NCBI GenBank assembly: GCA_024639555.1
Contig: JAHEID010000002.1
Coordinates: forward strand, 1 to 41,472
Direction: 5' to 3'
DNA from: Deltaproteobacteria bacterium
GTDB taxonomy: Bacteria; Desulfobacterota; Desulfobulbia; Desulfobulbales; BM004
DNA length: 41,472 bases
This document shows, in pieces, positions 28,532 through 37,959 of this stretch (position 1 is its first letter; every line of letters starts with the position of its first letter). The notes beneath the pieces are model-generated. The model searched no databases. It was not told the DNA's origin and saw only the letters and a list, made by a program, of their open reading frames with translations. A program made the translations under genes and the position numbers.

Positions 28532-29602
28532 ATGGACGTATCCATGGTTGCAAAAACGAAGACACTTGCGGAGCTTTCCGCCATGGTGGGCGGTGAACTC
28601 ACCGGTGACCCTGAAATTACTGTAAAGGGTTTGGCCGACCTGGCCTTAGCCGGCCCCGGGGAGATAGCCTTCCTGGTTAAGGCCGCAGGGCTGGAAAAAC
28701 TGAAAAGCAGCAAGGCTTCAGCCTTTATAGTGCCGCATGCCGTGAGTTATGATGACAAGCCCTTGATCAAGGTGGCAAATCCTTACCTGGCTGCAGCCCG
28801 CATCCAGAATTCTTTCCAGGCTAAACCGTTCCAGGCAAAAGGTATAAGCCCCAGAGCGCATATCGGCAGCGACTGCGATATCCCTGAAGAAATATCAATC
28901 GGCCCTTTTGTTTGCATCGGCGACCGTGTGAGACTGGGCAAACGGGTAACCCTGCACCCGGGTGTTGTTATTGGCGACGATACTGTGATCGGCGACGACT
29001 GTCTTCTCTATCACAATGTAACCGTATACCATTCCTGCACCATCGGATCCCGGGTCGTCATCCACAGCGGCACTGTAATAGGTAGTGACGGCTTCGGTTT
29101 TGCCACTGACGAAAACGGCAGCCATATCAAATGGCCCCATATAGGCACGGTGCAGATTGATGATGATGTGGAGATCGGTGCAAACGTAACGATTGACAGG
29201 GGCACATTTGGCAAGACCCATATCATGCAGGGCACAAAGATGGACAACCTGGTGCAGGTCGGGCACAATGTAAAAATTGGTGAAAATTCACTTCTGGTTG
29301 CCCATGTTGCTATTGGCGGCAGTGCCACCCTGGGTAATAATGTTGTTTTAGGGGGCCAGGTTGCCATAAAAGGCCACATACACCTTGATGACGGCGTCAT
29401 GGTGGCTGCCAAATCCGGGGTGCATGCCAACGTGCCAAAGAATACAATTGTCTCCGGGATCCCGGCAATCCCCCACAAGGACTGGTTAAAGGCCAGCACT
29501 ATCTTTGCAAAACTGCCGAAGCTTTATGGCGAACTGCTCGACATGCGGAAAAAGATAGAAAAGATGTATAAAAAAATGTTCCCGGATGAAGGGCAGGAAT
29601 AG
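28532..29602 (+). CDS. lpxD: UDP-3-O-acylglucosamine N-acyltransferase
   Basis: N-terminal LAELSAMVGGELTGDPEITVKGLADLALAGPGEIAF, long hexapeptide LbH region, position upstream of fabZ-lpxA. The start may be 28532 or 28544. Confidence 0.92.
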   Translation: MDVSMVAKTKTLAELSAMVGGELTGDPEITVKGLADLALAGPGEIAFLVKAAGLEKLKSSKASAFIVPHAVSYDDKPLIKVANPYLAAARIQNSFQAKPFQAKGISPRAHIGSDCDIPEEISIGPFVCIGDRVRLGKRVTLHPGVVIGDDTVIGDDCLLYHNVTVYHSCTIGSRVVIHSGTVIGSDGFGFATDENGSHIKWPHIGTVQIDDDVEIGANVTIDRGTFGKTHIMQGTKMDNLVQVGHNVKIGENSLLVAHVAIGGSATLGNNVVLGGQVAIKGHIHLDDGVMVAAKSGVHANVPKNTIVSGIPAIPHKDWLKASTIFAKLPKLYGELLDMRKKIEKMYKKMFPDEGQE

Positions 29603-29682
29603 CTTTATTGAAGCATCACCCTTCACATACAGATTATACAATATTTAGACAGGCAAAGACATGATGAGGAAGGAGAGGAAGA

Positions 29683-30129
29683 ATGGCAAGTGATATTTCA
29701 ACCCTGGATATAAAAGAGATCGTCCAACTTCTGCCGCACCGCTATCCCTTTTTACTGGTAGACAGAATTCTTGCAGGCGAGAAAAGCAAAAGCATGGTCG
29801 GCTTAAAAAATGTCTCCATGAATGAACCTTACTTCCAGGGACATTTTCCTTCGGACCCCATCATGCCGGGCGTTCTCATCCTGGAGGGCATGGCCCAGGT
29901 CGGCGGCATCCTTGCCTTTTATTCTCTCCCTGACATGATCGGTGAAAAACTCATCTACTTTGCCGGCATTGACAAGGTAAGATTTCGCCGCCCGGTTATT
30001 CCCGGTGACCAGTTGATCTATGAAATGGAGGTTCTCAAGCACAAGGGGAAAATCTGGAAGATGGCGGGCAAGGCCACAGTAGACAAGGAAGTAGTTGCCG
30101 AAGCTGAATTTATGGCGGCATTTGTGTAA
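29683..30129 (+). CDS. fabZ: 3-hydroxyacyl-ACP dehydratase FabZ
   Basis: [19 protein letters not shown] and [25 protein letters not shown] upstream. Confidence 0.95.
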   Translation: MASDISTLDIKEIVQLLPHRYPFLLVDRILAGEKSKSMVGLKNVSMNEPYFQGHFPSDPIMPGVLILEGMAQVGGILAFYSLPDMIGEKLIYFAGIDKVRFRRPVIPGDQLIYEMEVLKHKGKIWKMAGKATVDKEVVAEAEFMAAFV

Positions 30130-30166
30130 ATGTTTTTTCCAATCCTCTTATTCTCTCGTGATAAAA

Positions 30167-30967
30167 ATGAATATACATCCAACAGCAATCATTGATCCCG
30201 GCGCAGAACTCGACAGCTCGGTTACTGTCGGGCCCTATGTGATTATTGAAAAAGGGGTGAAGGTCGGTGCGGATACTCTTATCAAGCCGCACTCGGTTAT
30301 AAGCGGCCCCACAACCATTGGCTCAGGAAATGTTATCGGTCCTTTTGCCACGGTTGGCGCCCCGCCCCAGGACTTGAAATACAAGGGCGAGGACACGGAA
30401 CTTGTTGTCGGTGACAATAACCAGATACGGGAGTATGTATCCATTCACCGCGGCACGGTGACGGACAAGGGCATTACAACAGTTGGTTCCGGAAACCTGC
30501 TCATGGGGTATGTGCATGTCGCCCATGATTGTGTCATCGGCAATTCTGCTATCCTGGCCAATGGAGCCACCCTGGCCGGACACGTAGAGGTTTACGATCA
30601 TGCCATTATCGGCGGCCTTGTTGCAGTGCATCAATTTACCCGCATCGGCTCCTATTCCTATATCGGCGGCCTTTCCGGCATCAGCAAGGATGTGCCGCCT
30701 TTTGTCATAGTAAGCGGCACCCGCAAGCATATGCGGGTCTCCGGCATCAACAAGGTGGGGCTGCGCAGACGCGGCTTTGATAAGGATACTTTAAAGAAAC
30801 TGGACCAGGCCTACAAGATTATCTTCATGACTACGGATATGCTGCTGCAGGACATCCTGGAGCAGGCAGCTGCGGAAATCACCGACTGCGAACCGGTTAG
30901 GCAGTTAATCGATTTTTTCCGGACCAGCAAGCAGGGCGTGATAAGGACTCTTGAATCACGTGATTGA
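30167..30967 (+). CDS. lpxA: Acyl-ACP--UDP-N-acetylglucosamine O-acyltransferase
   Basis: MNIHPTAIIDPGAEL start, hexapeptide repeats, helical C-terminal domain. The tracked ORF start at 30095 overlaps fabZ and is rejected. Confidence 0.93.
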   Translation: MNIHPTAIIDPGAELDSSVTVGPYVIIEKGVKVGADTLIKPHSVISGPTTIGSGNVIGPFATVGAPPQDLKYKGEDTELVVGDNNQIREYVSIHRGTVTDKGITTVGSGNLLMGYVHVAHDCVIGNSAILANGATLAGHVEVYDHAIIGGLVAVHQFTRIGSYSYIGGLSGISKDVPPFVIVSGTRKHMRVSGINKVGLRRRGFDKDTLKKLDQAYKIIFMTTDMLLQDILEQAAAEITDCEPVRQLIDFFRTSKQGVIRTLESRD

Positions 30968-31020
30968 TTGCCTTATGCCTACCGGAAAACCTCCCGCAAC
31001 AAAAAACACAATTCATACCT

Positions 31021-31866
31021 ATGACAGGAAACGCATCTGATAAAATCGGCATAATTGCTGGAGGGGGTCAGTTCCCCCTTCTGTTTGCCCAGGCTGTGCG
31101 CAGGCATGGACTTAAGGTTTATGCTGCAGCGCACCAGGGTGAAACCGACAAAACTCTGGCAGACCAGGTGGACCGTTTCCAGTGGGTCAGGCTTGGTCAG
31201 CTTGGCAAGATCATTGACTTCTTCAAGAAGGAAGGGGTCAATAAAACCGTCTTTATCGGTTCTATCACCAAAACCAATATTTTCCGCGATGTCAGGCCGG
31301 ATCTCAAGGGACTCGGACTCTGGAACAAAATAGATATCAAGCAGGACGACTCCATACTGAGGGCAATTGCTGACCGCCTGGCAAAAGATGGCATCGAGGT
31401 TGTGGCCTCAACCAGCTATGTGCCTGAATTGCTTTTCCCCCAGGGTATACTTACCAGAAAAAAGCTTACAAAGGAGCAGAAAAACGACGTTGTTTTCGGC
31501 TGGAAAATAGCACGTGCCATGGGCAGCCTGGACATCGGACAGTGTGTGGTGGTGCGCAACCAGACAGTCCTGGCAGTGGAGGCCATTGAGGGCACAGATG
31601 CTGCCATCCGCAGGGGAGGAAATCTCGGCAAAGAAAAGGCCGTGGTGGTGAAACTGAAAAAACCAAACCAGGATCTTCGTTTTGATCTGCCTGCAGTGGG
31701 AGAAAAAACAATCGCATCCATGCTGGATGTCAAGGCTGCTGTTCTTGCCGTTGAGGCAGGATATGCCCTGTTCTTTGACAGGGAATCTGTTATCCGGGCT
31801 GCCGATGCTGCAGGTCTTGTTGTCGTTGGTGTTACAGAATCTGCTTCCGGCGAATTGCAGTTTTAA
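31021..31866 (+). CDS. lpxI: UDP-2,3-diacylglucosamine diphosphatase LpxI (DUF1009)
   Basis: IGIIAGGGQFPLL and GQCVVVRNQTVLAVEAIEGTDAAIRRGG. Located directly after lpxA. ATG 31021 is preferred over TTG 30964. Confidence 0.85.
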   Translation: MTGNASDKIGIIAGGGQFPLLFAQAVRRHGLKVYAAAHQGETDKTLADQVDRFQWVRLGQLGKIIDFFKKEGVNKTVFIGSITKTNIFRDVRPDLKGLGLWNKIDIKQDDSILRAIADRLAKDGIEVVASTSYVPELLFPQGILTRKKLTKEQKNDVVFGWKIARAMGSLDIGQCVVVRNQTVLAVEAIEGTDAAIRRGGNLGKEKAVVVKLKKPNQDLRFDLPAVGEKTIASMLDVKAAVLAVEAGYALFFDRESVIRAADAAGLVVVGVTESASGELQF

Positions 31867-31964
31867 ATCTCAACCATCCTGCTCTTTTCCGCAAACCTGA
31901 GAACTATGCATCGAGCTTCCTGAACCTATTGTAAAAATATTTAACTTCCCGTGAGTGCTCTACT

Positions 31965-32873
31965 ATGAAAGCCATGATCCTGGCAGCAGGCTTTGGTACC
32001 AGGTTGCTCCCCTATACTTTAAAGCGCCCCAAGCCTCTTTTCCCCATTCTCAACAAGGAGCTTCTGCACCTGACCATCAGCCGCTTGAGACAGGTTGGTG
32101 CTGATGGAATTGTTGTTAATGCTCATCATCTGCGGCTGCAGATTAAAAAAGCCCTGCATGATGAAGCAGACATTATCCTGCAGGAAGAAGAACAAGTACT
32201 TGGAACCGGCGGTGGTTTGCGGCTGGCCCTGCCTCATTTGGGAAAGGATCCTGTTCTTGTTGTTAATGGTGATATTTATCATTCGATTGATTACAGAGAG
32301 GTCTACAGCTCCCATTGTAACGCCAGGGCAGATGTCAGCCTCGTGCTCCATGATTATCCGCGCTTCAATGATGTTGCGGTGGATGAGACACTTCGTGTCA
32401 CCGGCTTCAACCGATCAGGCACCAGCAGCGGCAAGCAGGAAAGAGTACTTGCTTTTACAGGAATCCATGTCATTAATCCTGAAGTACTGCAAATTATTCC
32501 GCAGGATACAACCTATTGCATCATAGACTGCTACAGGAAACTACTGGAGCAGGGCGGCTCAATCAGGGCACATCTGGCAACAAACCATTTCTGGACAGAT
32601 ATGGGAACCCCGGCAGATTACCTGAAGCTGCACGCAGATTTACTGGGGCAGAAAGTGCCTGTATACGATGAACTTGCCGCGGCTGCTGCTGATATTCCTT
32701 TTGTGGGAGTGCAGCACGCAGTCATTGGCAAGGATGTTAAACTGCTTGACTGGGTCTGCATTGGTAGAAGGGCAAGGATTGAAGACGGCTCTATCCTGCA
32801 GAGGGTAATTGTCTGGGATGATGCGGTTGTACCTGCCGGATCCATATTTAAAGATGCAATAGTTTCACCGTGA
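31965..32873 (+). CDS. Sugar-1-phosphate nucleotidyltransferase, MurU-like N-domain with C-terminal left-handed beta-helix extension
   Basis: MKAMILAAGFGTRLLPYTLKRPKPL is the NTP-transferase signature. The C-terminal ~70 aa has hexapeptide-like repeats (IGKDVKL..IGRRARIEDGSIL..VIVWDDAVVPAGSI). It is adjacent to an AmgK-like kinase gene. Confidence 0.65.
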   Translation: MKAMILAAGFGTRLLPYTLKRPKPLFPILNKELLHLTISRLRQVGADGIVVNAHHLRLQIKKALHDEADIILQEEEQVLGTGGGLRLALPHLGKDPVLVVNGDIYHSIDYREVYSSHCNARADVSLVLHDYPRFNDVAVDETLRVTGFNRSGTSSGKQERVLAFTGIHVINPEVLQIIPQDTTYCIIDCYRKLLEQGGSIRAHLATNHFWTDMGTPADYLKLHADLLGQKVPVYDELAAAAADIPFVGVQHAVIGKDVKLLDWVCIGRRARIEDGSILQRVIVWDDAVVPAGSIFKDAIVSP

Positions 32874-33121
32874 AGGTAAATTAAGGTTTATCGGCATACA
32901 AAACTGCCGATGATTATCAGTCAACAAAACGCCTGATGATTGACAGACACAAGGGGTCGAGGTGTCGAGGTTTCAAGGGAAAAAAATGCAATAGTTGGCA
33001 GTTGGCGGAAAAAACAATTCTAAATACTTGATATTAATTATTGTGACAGTCATCAGCTGGATGTTGATAAAACTGAAAGCTGACAGTTGAGAACTTCTGA
33101 AAACCTTGGACACTTTTCTTT

Positions 33122-34186
33122 ATGAGTAACCCAAACAATAATAATCAGACACAACAAATCCTCAATTTTCTCAGTAAAGAAGGTTTTGTTGACAATAGCG
33201 AAAAAGTCATACTAACCCCTCTCGCCGGTGATGGCTCAAGCCGCTTGTTTTTTAACATTAAAACACGAAATAATGCTTCATTTTGTGGTGTTTTGCCGGA
33301 TAATGAAAATGCCAAAAAAGGAAGGGCTGAAGCCCACGCTGCCTTTAATATCGGCAGTCACTTGAAAAAAAGAGGCCTCCCGGTGCCGGCAATTCACGCA
33401 TTTGATCCGGAAAACGGCTTTATCCTGTTCGAGGATCTTGGCGAGACACTCCTCTATGATGAACTGGAGAGAAAGAAAAAAGAAAATGGCGTACGCATCT
33501 GGGAGCAGATTAAAGAAACCTATAAAGAAAGTATCGAGATCCTGCTCTATATGCAAATTTCCGGCAGCGTCCATTTTGACAGGAAATGGTGCTGGGACAC
33601 TCAGCGTTACGATAAAAAACTGATGTTGGAAAGAGAATCCGGCTATTTCATGCAGGCATTCTGCCAGGACATGCTCGGCATTAAAAATTTTTCTGCAGAA
33701 TTAACTGATGAATTTAAAAAACTTGCCGGTTATGCCGCCCGGCAACCTGCTGTTTATTTTCTGCACCGGGATTTTCAATCCAGAAACCTTATGGTTGTCG
33801 ATGGGGCCCTCAGGATAATAGACTTTCAGGGGGGCAGGCTCGGCCCCCTGGGGTACGATCTGGCCTCATTGCTTATCGATCCCTATGCACAAATCCCGCA
33901 AGAGGTCCAGGAGGAACTGCTGGAATACTACCTGGAACATCTCTGCACCTACGGCCTTGATGACCTGGCTTTTCTTAAGGGGTATAAGAGCCTCGCCCTG
34001 CAACGAAACCTGCAGATCCTGGGGGCTTTTGCCTTTCTTTCAAGGCAAAGGCAAAAGGTCTTTTTTAAACAGTTCATTCTGCCGGCAACACTTTCTATGC
34101 AGCATCTACTCATCGGATCAGAGAGGAACAACTACCCCCATTTGCTGAAATTGACTGAAAAAATTCTGCGCCTGCTTGATAAATAG
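33122..34186 (+). CDS. APH-family sugar kinase, AmgK-like (anomeric MurNAc/GlcNAc kinase family)
   Basis: LHRDFQSRNLMV (catalytic loop) and IDFQGGRLGPLGYDLASLL match the AmgK-type phosphotransferase motifs I recall. Confidence 0.65.
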   Translation: MSNPNNNNQTQQILNFLSKEGFVDNSEKVILTPLAGDGSSRLFFNIKTRNNASFCGVLPDNENAKKGRAEAHAAFNIGSHLKKRGLPVPAIHAFDPENGFILFEDLGETLLYDELERKKKENGVRIWEQIKETYKESIEILLYMQISGSVHFDRKWCWDTQRYDKKLMLERESGYFMQAFCQDMLGIKNFSAELTDEFKKLAGYAARQPAVYFLHRDFQSRNLMVVDGALRIIDFQGGRLGPLGYDLASLLIDPYAQIPQEVQEELLEYYLEHLCTYGLDDLAFLKGYKSLALQRNLQILGAFAFLSRQRQKVFFKQFILPATLSMQHLLIGSERNNYPHLLKLTEKILRLLDK

Positions 34187-34280
34187 ATTTGTATTATTTC
34201 TGCGGCCAGTCAAAATATTACAATACATCACGCTGAACCCGATGACCCCCAAAAAACCATCCACAAGACAACCAGGTTTT

Positions 34281-35633
34281 ATGCAATCTGCCATTGTTGC
34301 CCTGGTAGGCAGGCCGAACGTGGGAAAATCCACCCTGTTCAACCGGATCACAAAATCGCGCAAGGCCCTTGTCGATCACACTCCAGGCGTTACCCGGGAC
34401 CGACAATACGAACGGGTGGATTGGGACCAGAGCACCTTTATCCTGGTTGACACCGGGGGCATAGAGGCAAAAGGCAGAGCAGAAGATGACAGTGGCAATA
34501 TGGCAGGCAATATCCGGGAGCAGACTCTGCAGGCTGTTGCTGAGGCGGATGTGCTTCTGTTCCTGATGGACGGCAGAGAAGGTGCAACCCCCACTGATTT
34601 TGACGTCACGCACCTGCTGCGCAAAACCGATAAACCCGTTTATTATGTGGTGAACAAGATAGATGGTGAGGAACTGGAACCCGGCCTGCTCCCTCCTTTT
34701 TATGAACTGGGGGTGGAACAACTCTGGCCAATATCTGCAGAGCATGGATATGGCGTCCGATCATTGCTGGATGATCTTGCTGCAGCACTGCCCGAACGCG
34801 AAAAAAGTTCCTTGCAGCCTCTTGATTCTATTCGTATTGCCTTTTTTGGCAGGCCGAATGTGGGAAAATCTTCGCTAATCAACCGGCTGCTCGGAGAAGA
34901 ACGCATGGTTGTTTCCGACATTCCCGGCACCACCAGAGATTCTATTGATACCCTGCTGACTGCAAGAAATAAAAACTACCTGCTTATCGATACAGCCGGC
35001 ATAAGACGCAAAGGCAAGGTAAAAGAGAAACTTGAAAAATTCAGTATAATAAAAGCCCTTGCCGCCCTGGAACGTTGCGATGTGGCCCTCATACTTATAG
35101 ATGCCGAGGAAGGTATTACCGAGCAGGACACAAAGGTGATAGGCTATACACAGGAGCAGGGGAGAGCCTGTATTCTAATAGTAAACAAGTGGGATCTGGT
35201 TAAAGGTGAGCCCAAGGAGCAGAAAAAAATTGTGACTGAATTGGAAATGGCGACGCAATTTGTCGGCTTTGCGCCACTATTGCTCCTTTCAGCATTAACG
35301 GGCAAAGGGATAAACAAAGTACTGCCGACAATTGATTCTGTCTATGAACAATTCTGCAAAAAATTCCCTACCAACCGGTTAAACCGCATACTCCAGGATG
35401 CTGTTACCTCGCACCCTCCGGCTTTGCACAGAGGCAGGCGCATAAAACTCCTTTACACAACCCAGATTACAAGCCGGCCTCCCACCTTTGCCATTGTCGC
35501 CAACTATCCCAAGGAAATCCACTTCTCCTATCACCGTTACCTGCTCAATACATTCAGGAAGGAACTTGGGCTAGATAAATCACCCGTCAAAATTGTTTTC
35601 CGGGAACGGAAACGGAGAAAGATAAATTTTTGA
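34281..35633 (+). CDS. der: Ribosome-associated GTPase Der (EngA), double G domain plus KH-like domain
   Basis: GRPNVGKSTLFNR and GRPNVGKSSLINR Walker A motifs, and two NKxD motifs (NKID, NKWD). The start is taken at MQSAIVALVGRPN (34281); ATG 34242 is an alternative. Confidence 0.93.
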   Translation: MQSAIVALVGRPNVGKSTLFNRITKSRKALVDHTPGVTRDRQYERVDWDQSTFILVDTGGIEAKGRAEDDSGNMAGNIREQTLQAVAEADVLLFLMDGREGATPTDFDVTHLLRKTDKPVYYVVNKIDGEELEPGLLPPFYELGVEQLWPISAEHGYGVRSLLDDLAAALPEREKSSLQPLDSIRIAFFGRPNVGKSSLINRLLGEERMVVSDIPGTTRDSIDTLLTARNKNYLLIDTAGIRRKGKVKEKLEKFSIIKALAALERCDVALILIDAEEGITEQDTKVIGYTQEQGRACILIVNKWDLVKGEPKEQKKIVTELEMATQFVGFAPLLLLSALTGKGINKVLPTIDSVYEQFCKKFPTNRLNRILQDAVTSHPPALHRGRRIKLLYTTQITSRPPTFAIVANYPKEIHFSYHRYLLNTFRKELGLDKSPVKIVFRERKRRKINF

Positions 35634-35740
35634 GGGGCCCCTGGTTCGCCAAAAAGTATACTGAATGTGAAAAACCAAATTGTTGGGCGCGATTATTTTT
35701 ATTAGTCCGATCGCAAATCTGAAAGTCTTGCAACTTATCC

Positions 35741-35775
35741 CTTCTTTTTCTTTGTTTGCCCGAAAGAAAAAGAAG
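35741..35775. repeat. Perfect 13-bp inverted repeat with a 9-nt loop
   Basis: cttctttttcttt-gtttgcccg-aaagaaaaagaag, in the 385-nt convergent spacer between der and the PBP gene. No flanking T-run on either strand. Confidence 0.7.
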
Positions 35776-36018
35776 CAAAAAGAAAATGCAGCCCATCACT
35801 TGTTCCGCTTTCAGCGGAATTCCCTGTGCTGCTCATAAAGAAAGGACGCTTCGGGAAGTCGCACCCCTATACAGGGTGCTCCGCCGAAACGTTTTTCCTC
35901 TCTTTATTCCGCTGCTCGGCTCCGTGAAATGGCATAAAATTAGAACATGGCTTTTCTGTATTGAACAGTAAATATACATTAATAACGAATCATTCTTTTA
36001 AACATATTACTCCCTAAT

Positions 36019-37959
36019 CTACTCATTTTTCACTGCCTCAACTTTTTTCATGAAATCCAGCCAGATCGGGGCAGCTATCTGTCCTCCTGATGCATCTTTG
36101 CCCAGAGATGTCTTCTTATCATGCCCCACCCAGACCCCAGCCAGAAAATCCCGGGTGTAGCCGATAAACCAGGCATCCATATTATTGTCTGTGGTACCTG
36201 TCTTGCCCGCTGCTGTTCTCTTTAGGCCCTGGGCCTGCCTGCCCGTACCCTGCCGTATGACTTCCTGCAGCATATGATCCATATGGTTCGCGGTTTTTTC
36301 TGACATGACCCGAATCTTCCCGGAAGAATTTTCTTCAAGGATATTTCCATGCCCGTCAATAATTTTTTCTATGAATACCGGTGGTCTGTAGGAGCCATGG
36401 TTGGCAAATGCGCTATAGGCACCGGTCATCTCCAGAAGAGATATGCCGGAGGATCCCAGGGCCATGGTAAGGTCCGGCTTTAATTTTGAACTGATACCAA
36501 GATCTTTGGCCATTCCGGCCACCCTGTTGATGCCGACTTCCTGCAGGAGCTTTATGGCCACAATATTTCGGGACCGAATGAGACCTGCCTTGAGCGTTGT
36601 CAGTCCATGGTAACTGTTGTCAAAATTTTTAGGTTCCCAGGTTTTGCCGCGGCTTGCTCCAGCCAGACTTATCGGTTCATCCATGAAAACAGAATCAGGC
36701 GTAAAACCTTTTTCGAGCGCAGCGGCATAAACAATCGGCTTGAAGGCTGATCCCGGCTGCCGTTTAGCCTGAATAGCCCTGTCAAACTGGCTTGCTAAAA
36801 AATCAACCCCACCGACGACTGCGCGCACCTTGCCTGTGCCTGTTTCCATGACAACCATGGCGGCCTGGGGATTTTTCCCTTTTTTCTGCGCCCCTGTTAA
36901 AGCTGCAACTCCTCTCTGAACGGAAGTCATGGCACTTTGCTGGAGCACCGGGTCCAGGTATGTGTGAATCACAAGACCACCGGTGGCCAATGTTTCCTGC
37001 CCATACCTGGCGCGTACATAATTACTGACCAGCTGCACATAATATCCACTGTCAAAGGTATCATCGCGGTCGGTATTCAGGAACAAATGATCCTTAAAGG
37101 CTTTCCTGGCAGCTTCAGCCGATATATAACCTTCTTCTGCCATTCTGTTCAAAACATACGCCTGGCGTTTTTTGGCAATATCAATATTTTTCAGTGGGGA
37201 ATAGCGGCTGGGAGCCTGCGGCAGACCTGCCAGCAGCGCCGCCTGTCCCAAACTCAAATTTTTAACACTTTTGTTGAAGTAGGTCCGTGCAGCTGCTTCA
37301 ACCCCGTAAGCCCCTTCCCCCAGGTAGATCTGATTCAAATAGATATAGAGAATCTCATCTTTGCTCAGCACCGAATCGATACGGTATGCAAGGATCGCCT
37401 CTTTGATCTTGCGGGAATAGACCTTTTTACGCGTAAGAAGAAGGGAGCGGGTCACCTGCTGGCTAATGGTACTTCCCCCCTGAGCCTTTTTCCCAGCCCG
37501 TAAATTATGAAAAAGAGCCCGGAAGATTGACCAGACATCGACCCCGGGGTGTTCGTAAAACCGGGCGTCCTCTGCTGCGACAAATGCTTTGGACAGCAGG
37601 TCAGGCATCGTCTCCATGGAGACCAGCCGACGATTCTCCTCAAATATTTCCTTTACAACCTTATGGTCTCTTGCAAGTACCAGTGTTGTCATCTTGGGAT
37701 TATAATCCTTGATGGATTTCAGATTGGGGATATCCAGCAGGATAAAAAGATACAGGGTCAGACTGATAAATAATGTAAGAGCAAAACTGATCCCGACCAC
37801 GAAAAAAAAGCAGTGGACATGGTTCCAGGGCTTGCTCCTCTTGGGACTTCTTGCAGTTTTTTTCTTCCCGGCAGGGGTTTTTTCCTTCCCGACAGGAGTT
37901 TTTCTTTTTTTGGCAGGAGATTTTTTGCTTCCAGTATGTAATGGTGTTTTTTTAGCCAT
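36019..37959 (-). CDS. mrcA: Class A penicillin-binding protein (PBP1A; GT51 transglycosylase plus transpeptidase)
   Basis: EDARFYEHPG, GGSTISQQ and RKIKEA (GT51 motifs). SAFKP, SRN and KTGTT (transpeptidase motifs). Lys-rich N-terminal tail, then one TM. Confidence 0.92.
   Translation of the reverse strand: MAKKTPLHTGSKKSPAKKRKTPVGKEKTPAGKKKTARSPKRSKPWNHVHCFFFVVGISFALTLFISLTLYLFILLDIPNLKSIKDYNPKMTTLVLARDHKVVKEIFEENRRLVSMETMPDLLSKAFVAAEDARFYEHPGVDVWSIFRALFHNLRAGKKAQGGSTISQQVTRSLLLTRKKVYSRKIKEAILAYRIDSVLSKDEILYIYLNQIYLGEGAYGVEAAARTYFNKSVKNLSLGQAALLAGLPQAPSRYSPLKNIDIAKKRQAYVLNRMAEEGYISAEAARKAFKDHLFLNTDRDDTFDSGYYVQLVSNYVRARYGQETLATGGLVIHTYLDPVLQQSAMTSVQRGVAALTGAQKKGKNPQAAMVVMETGTGKVRAVVGGVDFLASQFDRAIQAKRQPGSAFKPIVYAAALEKGFTPDSVFMDEPISLAGASRGKTWEPKNFDNSYHGLTTLKAGLIRSRNIVAIKLLQEVGINRVAGMAKDLGISSKLKPDLTMALGSSGISLLEMTGAYSAFANHGSYRPPVFIEKIIDGHGNILEENSSGKIRVMSEKTANHMDHMLQEVIRQGTGRQAQGLKRTAAGKTGTTDNNMDAWFIGYTRDFLAGVWVGHDKKTSLGKDASGGQIAAPIWLDFMKKVEAVKNE

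Noticed and set aside
28457-28534. Possible selenocysteine read-through: the DUF1343 gene ends in TGA and lpxD starts in the same frame 72 nt later.
   Set aside because: The intervening frame contains further stops (TGA TAA at about 28517-28522). Both proteins are complete on their own.
35756-35971. 71-aa ORF in the der/PBP1A spacer.
   Set aside because: It has a TTG start without an SD, and the sequence is built from the hairpin and palindrome repeats. The translation is Lys/Arg-rich at the N-terminus with no motif. It is more likely noncoding structured DNA/RNA.
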